A DNA stretch of 64,000 bases from Thermoplasmatota archaeon. Lineage in GTDB: Archaea > Thermoplasmatota > Penumbrarchaeia > Penumbrarchaeales > Penumbrarchaeaceae. Under the pieces are notes generated by a model, which searched no databases, was not told the origin of the DNA, and saw only the letters and a program-made list of their open reading frames with translations. The stretch spans positions 1 through 64,000 of the forward strand of contig CBDDUX010000026.1 of the NCBI GenBank assembly GCA_965234725.1, in the 5' to 3' direction. Below, piece after piece: positions 1-9,900 of this stretch (position 1 is the first letter of the stretch; each line of letters starts with the position of its first letter). The position numbers were made by a program, and so were the translations under genes.

Positions 1-67
1 ATACCATCCAGAAGATGACAGTGACTATTTGAACCAACCTATTTTCATAGCAAAAAACCGAAGACCT

Positions 68-142
68 GGTCAAAGATCGCAGATCTTCGATTCGGATCGG
101 CAGGTGTTAGAGGTCCGGGGTACACCTGCCGACCCTTTGATC
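68..142 (-). terminator. 3' hairpin / probable terminator region of the 1495-aa surface protein gene
   Basis: Perfect 11-bp stem TCGGCAGGTGT (97-107) / ACACCTGCCGA (122-132) inside an outer stem GGTCAAAG (68-75) / CTTTGATC (135-142). It lies just past the stop at 159, and an A6 run at 52-57 reads as T6 on the minus strand. Confidence 0.45.
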
Positions 143-158
143 ATACACAGTTCCTTTC

Positions 159-3100
159 TCACATCTCATATTGTTCCGGGGCTTCCATTGCTGGATCAAG
201 CTCTCCGTTTGGAATCGGACCCTCAAGAATAGGTTCCTGATATCCGTCAACATATTGGGTCTGTCCATCAGTCTGGTCGACGGGTGTTGGCATGGGGGTC
301 ATCTGGACTGAACCACCATTGTCCTTCCTTTTGATCAACAGGATGATTAAAAGGATAAGGAGAAGGATAATCATCGGAACAGTGACCAAAAGGCCAGTGT
401 TCTCTTCGATGAAACCCTTTTCATCCTTATCGAGACCTGACACATCGATAGAACCCTTTGCTGGTGTAATACTTTCACCGACATTGTTCACAGCAACAAC
501 TTCATAGGAGTACTGTCCGCCTTCTTTCTTCTCATCATCTACGAAAGTGAGGGTTCCAACTTCCACTACTCCAATCAAGACGGGTTCTCCATCTCCAAAT
601 ATCCGATAGATCCGGTAGAATCCGATCTCTGCTCCACCATCATCATCCGGAGCCTTCCATGTTATGATGACAGAATTCCCATCGATCTCAAGTCCTATTG
701 TGTTGGGAGTGTCAGGATGACCAAGGGGGGTCAGGGGATCTGACCAAACAGGGCTGGAGGTTCCAAGGGCGTTTACAGAGATGACAGAATACCTATATGT
801 CATCCCGTTTTCGATACCATCATCCATGAATGAACCATTCTGAGGTCCTATCTCGGAGACCATGATCTCGCTTGTGAGTTCAGGATCGTTCCTGAGGATG
901 ATATAACCCGTGATCTCGACTCCACCATTCATAACAGGCTCGTCCCATGATATCTCGATCGATCCTTCACCAGCAGTATACACAACATTCTGAGGAGAAC
1001 CAGGAGGTCCAAGAGCAACCACTGAGACCTCTAAACTGATCTGAGAGGGTCCCATCCTGTTTCTGGCCTTCACGGCATATGAATATTCCGCACCTGGTTC
1101 GACCTCAGTGTCAACATATGAATTCGTGCCGGTGGTTACCGTTCCTATTTGAACGATGTCTTGTCCCTGATCTTTCCTGAAGATGAGATAATTAATTACA
1201 AGTGCTCCTCCATTTTCCGTGGGAGATTCCCAATCCAGCTGAACACTGCTGCTGCTGGCTGAGGCGGTTAGACCGGTAGGGATACCGGGAACCGTCGCTG
1301 GTGTCCCTTGGATCTCAGGTGTCATTTCAGAGACTCCGAAATCATTGAAGGCTGTCAATCTGTATGTGTAGGTCACTCCATTATCCAGCCCTTCATCCTT
1401 GTAGAAATGTTCATTGTATTCGAGCTCCGTCACCAGTTCGGGATCACCACTGCCCTGGGACCTGTAGAGCCTGAATCCGATAAGATCCAGTCCTCCCAGG
1501 AAGGATGGCTCCTTCCATGTTAACATCAGATAACCGTTACCTTCGTTAACCTGAAGGTCCTCGGGTGATGAGGGTTCGGACACAGGACCTCCCTGGACCT
1601 CCATAGATGGTTCGGACTCACCTTCTGAATTTACAGCTGTTACATAATAGAGATATGATTTTCCGATCTCCACAAGTGTATCATTGTATTCCATTTCAGG
1701 AGTGTTAACATATCTCCAGTAGACCTCTTCTCCTTTAACTGTCCCGATATAGACCCTATAGAAAAGGATCCCTGATCCTCCGTCATCCTCGGGGGGGGAC
1801 CAGGCCAATATTATCGAATCCGATCTGTTGACAAGGGAAAGATCCAAAGGTGCGCTGGATTCACCCTGCGGGATGACCCAATTCTCTTTTGAAGGGAGGG
1901 ATTCACCGATCCTGTTCCATGTTGTGATATAGTAGGTGTAGTTCAATCCATTTACCACATCTGAGTCATAGTACTGGAGCTTGACAATGTCCAGGTCGAT
2001 CATTGTGGTATTTTCTCCCTCTGGTTCCTTGTATATCCTGTATCCCTCAAGGAAGTAGGAACCATCGAATACCGGAGGCTCCCATGATAACTTGACCCAC
2101 CCGTTCCCTCTGACAACCTGGAAGAACTGAGGAGGAGTGGGTTTTGAGGCGGCCTGTGATCCGAGGATCTCGGTCGGTAGGCTGCTGCCTACACCATTTA
2201 CCGCACAGACCATGTAGAAGTATCTCTTCCCCATTTCAAGGTCGGTATCATTGAAGTAGAGGTCAGTTGTCAATGAATTGACTATTTTTAATTCATCCTC
2301 GGCAAGCCCTTTGTAGATCGAGTATCCCTTAATTGACATACCACCATCGGTTGCAGGTAAGTTCCATGTGATGTTCAGGTAGGCATCGCCCTGTTCAAGT
2401 GAGAAATTCCGGGGGATCCCTGGTGGTAGTGACATGTCGAAATCCATTAGAAAGATATCGTTCCAGTCCGTCATTTTATTGTCCCATGCATCATCTGTAA
2501 CAGGGAATTTACTGGAACCGGTGGCACCGGAGACAACGACCCTTCGTTCACTGACAAGGAATATATTCTGTCCGATATCCTCGGGATATCCGATCCCGGT
2601 GGTTCCTCCGATCACCGTTGAATAGATCAGTTCATCCGCATCCTTGCTTAGTTTGACTATGATCAGATCGGGATCATCTTGACTTGTGTCCTCCTTGTTG
2701 GTCACCACTGTGGGGAAATCATCTGACCATGTCTCACCAGTGATGATGATATTGCCATCATCGTCAAGATCGATGCCCTTGGCACTATCAGAATCCGATC
2801 CACCCAAAAGGGTGGAAACGAATAGAGATGAACCGGTAGGATCGAAGGCAGTGACAAAGAGGTCTGACCATCCATTGATCTCGGTCTGGTATGCGCCATC
2901 GGTCGTTGGGAAATCGAAAGAACCTGTATCACCTACCACATATGCTCTACCGGATCCGTCCACCTTAAGGTCATATCCGCTTTGATAATCGCTACCCCCG
3001 AGGAAGGTCGAATATACCATTGAGGAGGTCTTGATATTGAACTTGAAAACGAAAAGTGAGGACCAGGAATCCATTGAAGTATCGTATGCCCCTTTGGTCA

Positions 3101-4625
3101 ATGGGAAATCGTAGGAACTGGTAGATCCAAAAACATACACAAATCCCTCGCTATCAAGATCCAGACCATTTGCAGTATCCCAATCGGATCCGCCGATGTA
3201 GGTTGAATATAATAGTTCGGACCCGAAAGGATCAAGCTTGACAAGAACCACTTTTCCGCTCCTCCACTTCCATTCCTCCTCTCCCGTCTCGTTGTTGTAT
3301 TTATCGAAGGCATCATCGGTAAGTGGAAAATTCCCGGACCATGATGTTGCTGTGATGAACAGATTTCCGGACCCATCCACCTTGATACTTCCCTGATTGT
3401 CCATTGATTCAGACTCATTTCCACCTATGTATGTGGAGTACTGGAGTCTGGATCCGGTCGAATCAAGTTTCACAGCTACAAGGTCCGCCATGCTCCCGTT
3501 CAAGGTCTCGTTGAAAGCATCCCTTGTTGTGGGGAAATTGGTTGAATCCGAATGACCGGCAATGTAGGCGTTTCCACTTTCGTCAATGTCTATTGATGAG
3601 ATTTCATCCCATCTGTTACCACCAATGTAAGTGGAATATATTGGTGATGACCCGTCTGGGCGTATCTTCATCACGTAACCGTCCATTTCCCCAGCGCTCC
3701 TTGTGCTGTAAGCACCAGTTGTCGTGGGAAAATCGAAGGAATAGGTGCTTCCGGCAAGATAGCAGGCTCCGGAGCCATCCATGGCCATGTCCACCTCATA
3801 TTCACTATCTGTTCCTCCTATGAAGGTGGCGTAGATGATCGGGTCGATCACGATGGTTTTGGAGGAATCCCTTCCAGATAATTGGTAGCCAATGGACCCA
3901 TCCGTATTCATGTGGAAGTCGGTGTCCACCTCTTTATAGGTGGGATCGATGTAGAAGGACCTGAGACCACCGTCGATAAGGTTTGTCCCGTGAGATGTTG
4001 TCATTATGAGACAATCATCCATCGAACTGACGGATTCCAGACCGGTCAATTGGAATCTGATGTTGTCCGTATCCACCCAGGGATCCACCACAAATTCGTA
4101 TTTGATATGTACATCACTGGAATCGTAAACAAGGTCGATCCCATCCCATATATCTTCATAAATGACCTTGCGGTATGATGCAAGGTTCGTTCCCCAGCTC
4201 GAAGGATCGTTCCCGTAGAAGATATTGGTGGGATAGGGAAGTTTGTCTAATCCTCTCGGATGAACCTCTTCAGTGTCCAGAAGATCCATTCTTATTACAG
4301 TTCCCTGTACGATCTGTTCCTCCAGATCAACAGGTCCGACCTCATTTTCATTCTCCGGTCCTTCTTTCACATTGAAAAGGATGAAATCGGAACCAAAAGC
4401 GATATGGCCGAAGGAGGTCCTTGAAGCGAAATGTATATCCTTGTCCCATTGACCTCCGTTCTCGATAAATGGATCCGCAGCCTGTTCATCGATCATTTCA
4501 GGATTGCCATAGTTGTTCAGGGCAACTGTTCCGTCAATTGATCCAATACAGTAACCCTCGACCATGATCATGGCCGAGACCGTCATCATCAATCCTGCCA
4601 GCAGGAAGACTCCTGCCATGTTCAT
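159..4625 (-). CDS. Large cell-surface protein: signal peptide, SBBP-type beta-propeller repeats, 7 fibronectin type III domains, C-terminal TM anchor and acidic tail
   Basis: Repeated YSTYIGG / GxTxSxDFPTTxGAY motifs; seven P..P...W..P..DGG....Y FN3 units; hydrophobic LLVTVPMIILLLILLIILLI followed by KRK. The ORF track starts at TTG 4646, but ATG 4625 is more likely. Confidence 0.9.
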   Translation of the reverse strand: MNMAGVFLLAGLMMTVSAMIMVEGYCIGSIDGTVALNNYGNPEMIDEQAADPFIENGGQWDKDIHFASRTSFGHIAFGSDFILFNVKEGPENENEVGPVDLEEQIVQGTVIRMDLLDTEEVHPRGLDKLPYPTNIFYGNDPSSWGTNLASYRKVIYEDIWDGIDLVYDSSDVHIKYEFVVDPWVDTDNIRFQLTGLESVSSMDDCLIMTTSHGTNLIDGGLRSFYIDPTYKEVDTDFHMNTDGSIGYQLSGRDSSKTIVIDPIIYATFIGGTDSEYEVDMAMDGSGACYLAGSTYSFDFPTTTGAYSTRSAGEMDGYVMKIRPDGSSPIYSTYIGGNRWDEISSIDIDESGNAYIAGHSDSTNFPTTRDAFNETLNGSMADLVAVKLDSTGSRLQYSTYIGGNESESMDNQGSIKVDGSGNLFITATSWSGNFPLTDDAFDKYNNETGEEEWKWRSGKVVLVKLDPFGSELLYSTYIGGSDWDTANGLDLDSEGFVYVFGSTSSYDFPLTKGAYDTSMDSWSSLFVFKFNIKTSSMVYSTFLGGSDYQSGYDLKVDGSGRAYVVGDTGSFDFPTTDGAYQTEINGWSDLFVTAFDPTGSSLFVSTLLGGSDSDSAKGIDLDDDGNIIITGETWSDDFPTVVTNKEDTSQDDPDLIIVKLSKDADELIYSTVIGGTTGIGYPEDIGQNIFLVSERRVVVSGATGSSKFPVTDDAWDNKMTDWNDIFLMDFDMSLPPGIPRNFSLEQGDAYLNITWNLPATDGGMSIKGYSIYKGLAEDELKIVNSLTTDLYFNDTDLEMGKRYFYMVCAVNGVGSSLPTEILGSQAASKPTPPQFFQVVRGNGWVKLSWEPPVFDGSYFLEGYRIYKEPEGENTTMIDLDIVKLQYYDSDVVNGLNYTYYITTWNRIGESLPSKENWVIPQGESSAPLDLSLVNRSDSIILAWSPPEDDGGSGILFYRVYIGTVKGEEVYWRYVNTPEMEYNDTLVEIGKSYLYYVTAVNSEGESEPSMEVQGGPVSEPSSPEDLQVNEGNGYLMLTWKEPSFLGGLDLIGFRLYRSQGSGDPELVTELEYNEHFYKDEGLDNGVTYTYRLTAFNDFGVSEMTPEIQGTPATVPGIPTGLTASASSSSVQLDWESPTENGGALVINYLIFRKDQGQDIVQIGTVTTGTNSYVDTEVEPGAEYSYAVKARNRMGPSQISLEVSVVALGPPGSPQNVVYTAGEGSIEISWDEPVMNGGVEITGYIILRNDPELTSEIMVSEIGPQNGSFMDDGIENGMTYRYSVISVNALGTSSPVWSDPLTPLGHPDTPNTIGLEIDGNSVIITWKAPDDDGGAEIGFYRIYRIFGDGEPVLIGVVEVGTLTFVDDEKKEGGQYSYEVVAVNNVGESITPAKGSIDVSGLDKDEKGFIEENTGLLVTVPMIILLLILLIILLIKRKDNGGSVQMTPMPTPVDQTDGQTQYVDGYQEPILEGPIPNGELDPAMEAPEQYEM

Positions 4626-4776
4626 TTTCCTACTTTCTTCTCTCAAGGTATCACTTCCAACAAAACCTCATCCGTTCGGTTGGAATATAATGCCCCTGGT
4701 ACGCCTCAGTAACAATTATTAAACTGTATTGGTAGGGTTGTCGTACTAAGATCCGATCATTGAGTGAGGATCATTT

Positions 4777-6387
4777 TCAAGAGCTTGAGAACCTCGATCC
4801 TTGTTCTGTGACGAAGCAATGTGTTTCTCTTCCATCTTTCTCAATTACAAGAACACCTAAGTCCCGCAGGAACCTGACGTGGTAATTGATGACCACCTTG
4901 CTCTTTCCTATGAGCCTGGATATTTCTATCTGGGAGATGCCAGGCTCATCCTTTATGGTATCCAGGATCAAACTCTGGAGGTCGCTCAACCTTAACCGCA
5001 TCTCCACCTTCTCATCAAAGAGGAAGAATCTCCGATACATTCCATCTTGATGTGATTTGATCAATTCCTCCTTTTCAAGTCTGTTGATGTGGTACGATGC
5101 GACACCAGGTTTCAGGTCCAGTTCTCTCATCAGCGCCGTAAAGTGTATACCAGGAGTATCACGGACGAGTTCGTAGATCAACCTCCTCCTGACATTGTTG
5201 ATCTTGACAGCCCTATTGATCCTCTGGTATAGGACCGATCCAAGGAACAGGGTAATCACACCTATAATGATAATGATCGGGAGGGATCGGGCAAGGTCCA
5301 AGCCATTATCAGGTGATCTCGGTGCAGAGGGGAGGTCCTCACTTTTAATGGATGGTCCACCGATCCCAACAAAAGAAATTTGTGGAAGATCGGTTTCATT
5401 GTAATATGCCCAATCCATGGATAAATTGTAGAAAAATATTCGTTTCCCATAACCAAGGACACCCTTTACGGACATGATCGATATCTTTGAGATATCATCA
5501 TTGTTCATACCTTTGATGAATCCGATCTCTATCAGATGGTCCAGGGAAGACCTCATAATCCCATTCCAATCGATGGAATCCGGATCATAGTCCGGAGAGG
5601 TCTCGATCATAAGAACCTCCAGGGAGAACTCCGATCTTGATGAGTTCTCCCAGAAAGTGGGTGATCCTCCAAATAATCCAAGCAACTCAATTACCTTATC
5701 CTTGACAACCGGCTCAGGTGAACTGCCTGTTATCTCTACCTCCGCTGATGGGTTGCTGGAATTCTCCGGTACCTCAGGATCTTTTGTTTGATGGACGGAT
5801 ATCCTGTTAGATCCATACATGATCTCGAAGTTGATGAAATTGGAATCGTAACTGATCTGGATATCAGAGAAACCCAGTTCTCTAATGTTTTCATCCAAGG
5901 AAGGGTCCAGATTACCACTGTAATTCAATTCCTGGGAAAAGATCGTTCTATTGCTTTTCACAAAGACTGTCTGTCCAGGGGCGATTATCGATAACGAGAA
6001 ACCTCCCATAGGTTGATCGAATCCCCCTAATTTGAGATCGTCTGTGTAATTCTCCCATCTTATCACCATTCCCATTTCGGGATCCGTCGGGTGCCTCATC
6101 AGGTAGATGTTGGATAATGAAGAGTCGAGGGATACCTCCTCCATGGAAGGTGGTTCTTCTTCTGAAAAAATAGTGGCATCTCCTTTCTGGACAAGTTCGT
6201 CAAGGACGGAAGTGTCGAAATCGAGTCCAGGATCATTGAGGAAGACCTCAACCCCGATCTCCGATGGGTCGGTAAGATCGCTCTCTTCCTTGGAACGGAC
6301 AGGTTCAGAGATCAGGATCGATGAGATAAGAATGATTAAAATGAGAAGTAAATGTAGTCGCCCGGTATGGGAGTTCATATGTACCAA
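4777..6387 (-). CDS. Membrane-anchored protein: secreted N-terminal domain, one TM helix, cytoplasmic tandem winged helix-turn-helix domains
   Basis: N-terminal hydrophobic signal; TM IIIIIGVITLFLGSVLY; then RRLIYELVRDTPGIHFTALMRELDLKPGVASYHINRLE and ILDTIKDEPGISQIEISRLIGKSKVVINYHVRFL (two wHTH units). Confidence 0.85.
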   Translation of the reverse strand: MVHMNSHTGRLHLLLILIILISSILISEPVRSKEESDLTDPSEIGVEVFLNDPGLDFDTSVLDELVQKGDATIFSEEEPPSMEEVSLDSSLSNIYLMRHPTDPEMGMVIRWENYTDDLKLGGFDQPMGGFSLSIIAPGQTVFVKSNRTIFSQELNYSGNLDPSLDENIRELGFSDIQISYDSNFINFEIMYGSNRISVHQTKDPEVPENSSNPSAEVEITGSSPEPVVKDKVIELLGLFGGSPTFWENSSRSEFSLEVLMIETSPDYDPDSIDWNGIMRSSLDHLIEIGFIKGMNNDDISKISIMSVKGVLGYGKRIFFYNLSMDWAYYNETDLPQISFVGIGGPSIKSEDLPSAPRSPDNGLDLARSLPIIIIIGVITLFLGSVLYQRINRAVKINNVRRRLIYELVRDTPGIHFTALMRELDLKPGVASYHINRLEKEELIKSHQDGMYRRFFLFDEKVEMRLRLSDLQSLILDTIKDEPGISQIEISRLIGKSKVVINYHVRFLRDLGVLVIEKDGRETHCFVTEQGSRFSSS

Positions 6388-6628
6388 TATTATTTTACTG
6401 ATATCATAAAGGATTTGGAACGGTTTTCTTACTACTACTTAAGTATTACGTATTCTAATTGAAATTAATAATCTGTTTTAAAAATTTGATTATACTCGTA
6501 GATCACTTTCGTCGATTATTCATTGATACGTGATCTCGAGGTCCAGCTGAACGGAGCGTCAATTAAAAATTACCGTTCAGCGGACCTTTTTTTCAACTTC
6601 AATTGAAAAATGAGCCCTGAAAAAAAGG

Positions 6629-6703
6629 TAGCGGGGAATAGATTTGAACTATTGATCTTCGGGTTATGAGCCCGACGGGATATCCTGGCTACCCCACCCC
6701 GCT
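6629..6703 (-). tRNA. Initiator tRNA-Met (CAT)
   Basis: Reverse complement AGCGGGGTGGGGTAGCCAGGATATCCCGTCGGGCTCATAACCCGAAGATCAATAGTTCAAATCTATTCCCCGCTA has an A1-U72 pair, three consecutive G-C pairs in the anticodon stem and a CAT anticodon. CC and a T7 run follow. Confidence 0.95.
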
Positions 6704-6904
6704 ATCATCTGGACCTGCTTCCCTGCATGACACGGATTCAAAGATATTAAACCGGTATCCCAGGCGCAATCGAGGATAAGATGAGGTTATAGATAAACCT
6801 TGTGAAAAACAATATTTTCAGATATTTTGCCAATGAACGGTAATAGGTCCTTCTTTCCGTCAAGATTGAAATATTCCCCATGCAATAGGGATTCGGGTCT
6901 GGAC

Positions 6905-9900
6905 ATGAAAAAGACGGTCGTGGTCATTGGTATCATCATCCTTTTCTCATGCTACATTCCCGTGATGGATGTGGTCTCCATCCATGACCTGGATGGTTAT
7001 GATGAACCTATAGGTGACCATTCAAGGAACATCTCTCTGGACCCGGACTGGGGACCTCCTGGAGAAGGTGTGCTCGATATCGAGGGGGAGGTCCTCTACG
7101 TTCCTTTCTTCCAATACAAAGGAGGGGATTTTGCCCTTGCTGCAAAGTCCCCCGGTTCAACAACTCCAAAGATAATACTAACATCATCTTCCGAAGACAG
7201 GACCCTGATCGCTCCAATTTTCCTTGGAAAGGGACTCCTCCGTTCAAGCGGAGAAATGGATCTGATACTGAGGGACAGCAGCGGCAATATCTACGGGGTC
7301 CTCCTTGACCATGATATCGATCCACCCATTGCCCTGGGGCCGTCCAGTCTCATCTATACCGGGATCGTGGGCAGGATCGCATTGGGAGATGTTACAGGGG
7401 ACGATATTGATGATATCCTTCACCTCGATCCCGATGGGAACACCATGGAATTCTTCGAGGGACCTCATCCTTCCGCTCAGGGAAGGGCTGAACTGAACCT
7501 CCCCTTGGCAATGGACGAGATCATTTCTGGTATGGACCTTACCGGGGATGGGATCTCCGAGATCATCCTCTGGGTGAATGAGGATGATAATTCCACCCTG
7601 ATGATCTATCATGGTCTGACGCTGACACCTCTGGCAGTTCTGAACTATGGTAGGAATATTTTTGGTATATCTCATGGTGACATCGACGGCAGCGGGATCG
7701 ATGACCTGTTCATGATCACCTCTGATGGGCATCCTGACCCTGGGATGGTGGTCCTGTTCGGAGAGGATCTGGATTTCGATACTGACATTTCCTTAGAGGG
7801 GCTTGAAATTACATGGAACGGCACATTCACAATGGGAATGGAAGACCTCCTTGCCCTCAGGGATATCAACGGGGACGGAAAAGATGACTTGATGATAGGA
7901 TCGCCCTTTTACGATGGTGGTAAGGGCATGTTCACTGTAAGATACGGTGGTGGACGATTCTGGGAACGGAGCAATTCAACCCGGGAGTTCATGCCTGATG
8001 CAAGTTATCTTGGTGAGGATATCCATGATAGTCTGGGAAAAGGACTTCTTATCGTGGACGACCATGATGGCGATCTCCTGCCGGACATTTTTTTGAACTC
8101 AGGTGTCGGATTGAAACAGCTTGAAATGCCTGAAAATATCCTTCCCTTCGCCATACAGACAGCAAGATTCACCTTTGAAGGAGGGTCCACGGAGAGGATC
8201 ACAGCTCAGGAAGGTGACAGGGTCGATATCCTCTGCACAGCTGCCGGGGGAAACCTGGGAGAGAGAGATATCATAAAGGCACAGGTCCGGACGGCAAGGA
8301 CAGAAAAGCCGACCTCTTCCTGGGTTTTTCTGATAGAGGATGGTAATTCATCAGGGAATTATAGAGGGACCCTGATGCTCAGATCCGCTTCTGTCCCAGG
8401 AAGGTCACTGGGTGTGGTCCAGAATGATATCGTGAAGCTGTCGGTCCTTGGTCTGAATGGTACGGACCTTCTCGTAAAGGGTGTAAATGGCCAGCAGGAC
8501 CCTCCATATTTTATCCGTGGAGAGACCGAGATCGAGATGATGGAGGATTCCGATCTGGACACCCTTTTGACCTTCATCGATCCGGACGGAGATGTGATCG
8601 AGCTATCTCAAAGCATGGCACCTGTCTGGCTTTCCTTCGAAGGTCCTCGATCCGTAGGTGGGACCATTCAGTACAGAATGTATGGAATGCCGGACAATGG
8701 ATATGTGGGTTGGAACAATTTTACAGTAACGGCGACCTCGGGGGGATGGGGATCGGATGTTCAGATATCCATCTACGTCAAGAACCGAGTCCCGATCATA
8801 AAGACAGGAACTACTCCCAGAAAAATAGAAGAAGGGTCTGTTTACAAAGCTGTATTCGAACTGGACGAGACCGGTGGAAATATAGTAAGAGAGTTATCAT
8901 CGAGCGGTCCCTCCGAGATAGATTGGTTGGATATCTCGGACAACGGTATCGTTTCGGGAGTTCCCGAGAATCGTCATGTCGGGAACTGGACCTTCAACCT
9001 GACCCTGGATGATGGGAATGGAGGTATCGACTGGTACCTGTGGGATGTAGAGGTCATCAATATGGCACCGGATCTGATAATGCCAGAGATCAACAGCTGT
9101 ATGGAAAAGGTCCCACTGGAACTGGATTTCAACACTCTTTACGAAGGGGATGGTCTCACCGGATATGTTATATCAATTTCCTCATCCACGGAAGCGGTTA
9201 TCAATTCAGATGGGATCCTGGAACTGGTTCCGGATATCACATCAACCAAGGTCTTGATGATCGATGTATGGGTTACCGATGGAAATGGTGCTTCGACCAA
9301 TGCTACACTGAAGCTGGACATCATAAATTCCCCTGCAAAACTTCTCAACCCGGACATCCTTCCGGACCTATTGATCGCCGGCACCGAGTATTCATTCGAT
9401 CTGGAATCGGACGAGGAAGGTGAAATGGAGGGTTCCATCCCCCGATTCCACTATTCCTTCTCTCCTGATCCGATCATCGGTCCGGATGGAGATAGGAATA
9501 CTGATGGATCGATCAGTATCAGGCCCTGGAACCTGGATGCTGGCAACCATTCGATCAGTATCGAGCTCCAGGACTGGAACGATCCGGAACCTGCCGCATA
9601 TATCTGGAACTTCACTGTCATCGAGGGATCGGATTTCAAGGACCCTTATGTGGAGATCCATGTCAAGGGTAGAAAAGGTTCCAAGCTGGTGGTGGACCTG
9701 GAATATGGTGGGGGCCTTCCCTTTTCAAGGATAGGTGTATCCGTAACAGATGGTATCTCCAACTTCGGTACAGGCAGCATGTTCGATCTCGAAAAGGGTG
9801 GTCCGGTTGAGGTGGAGGTCTCATTGTTCAGTGGTCCGGTTATCGTTTATGCTAATTGTACTATCAACAATACACAACATTCAACTAGGTCCCTTTCCTC

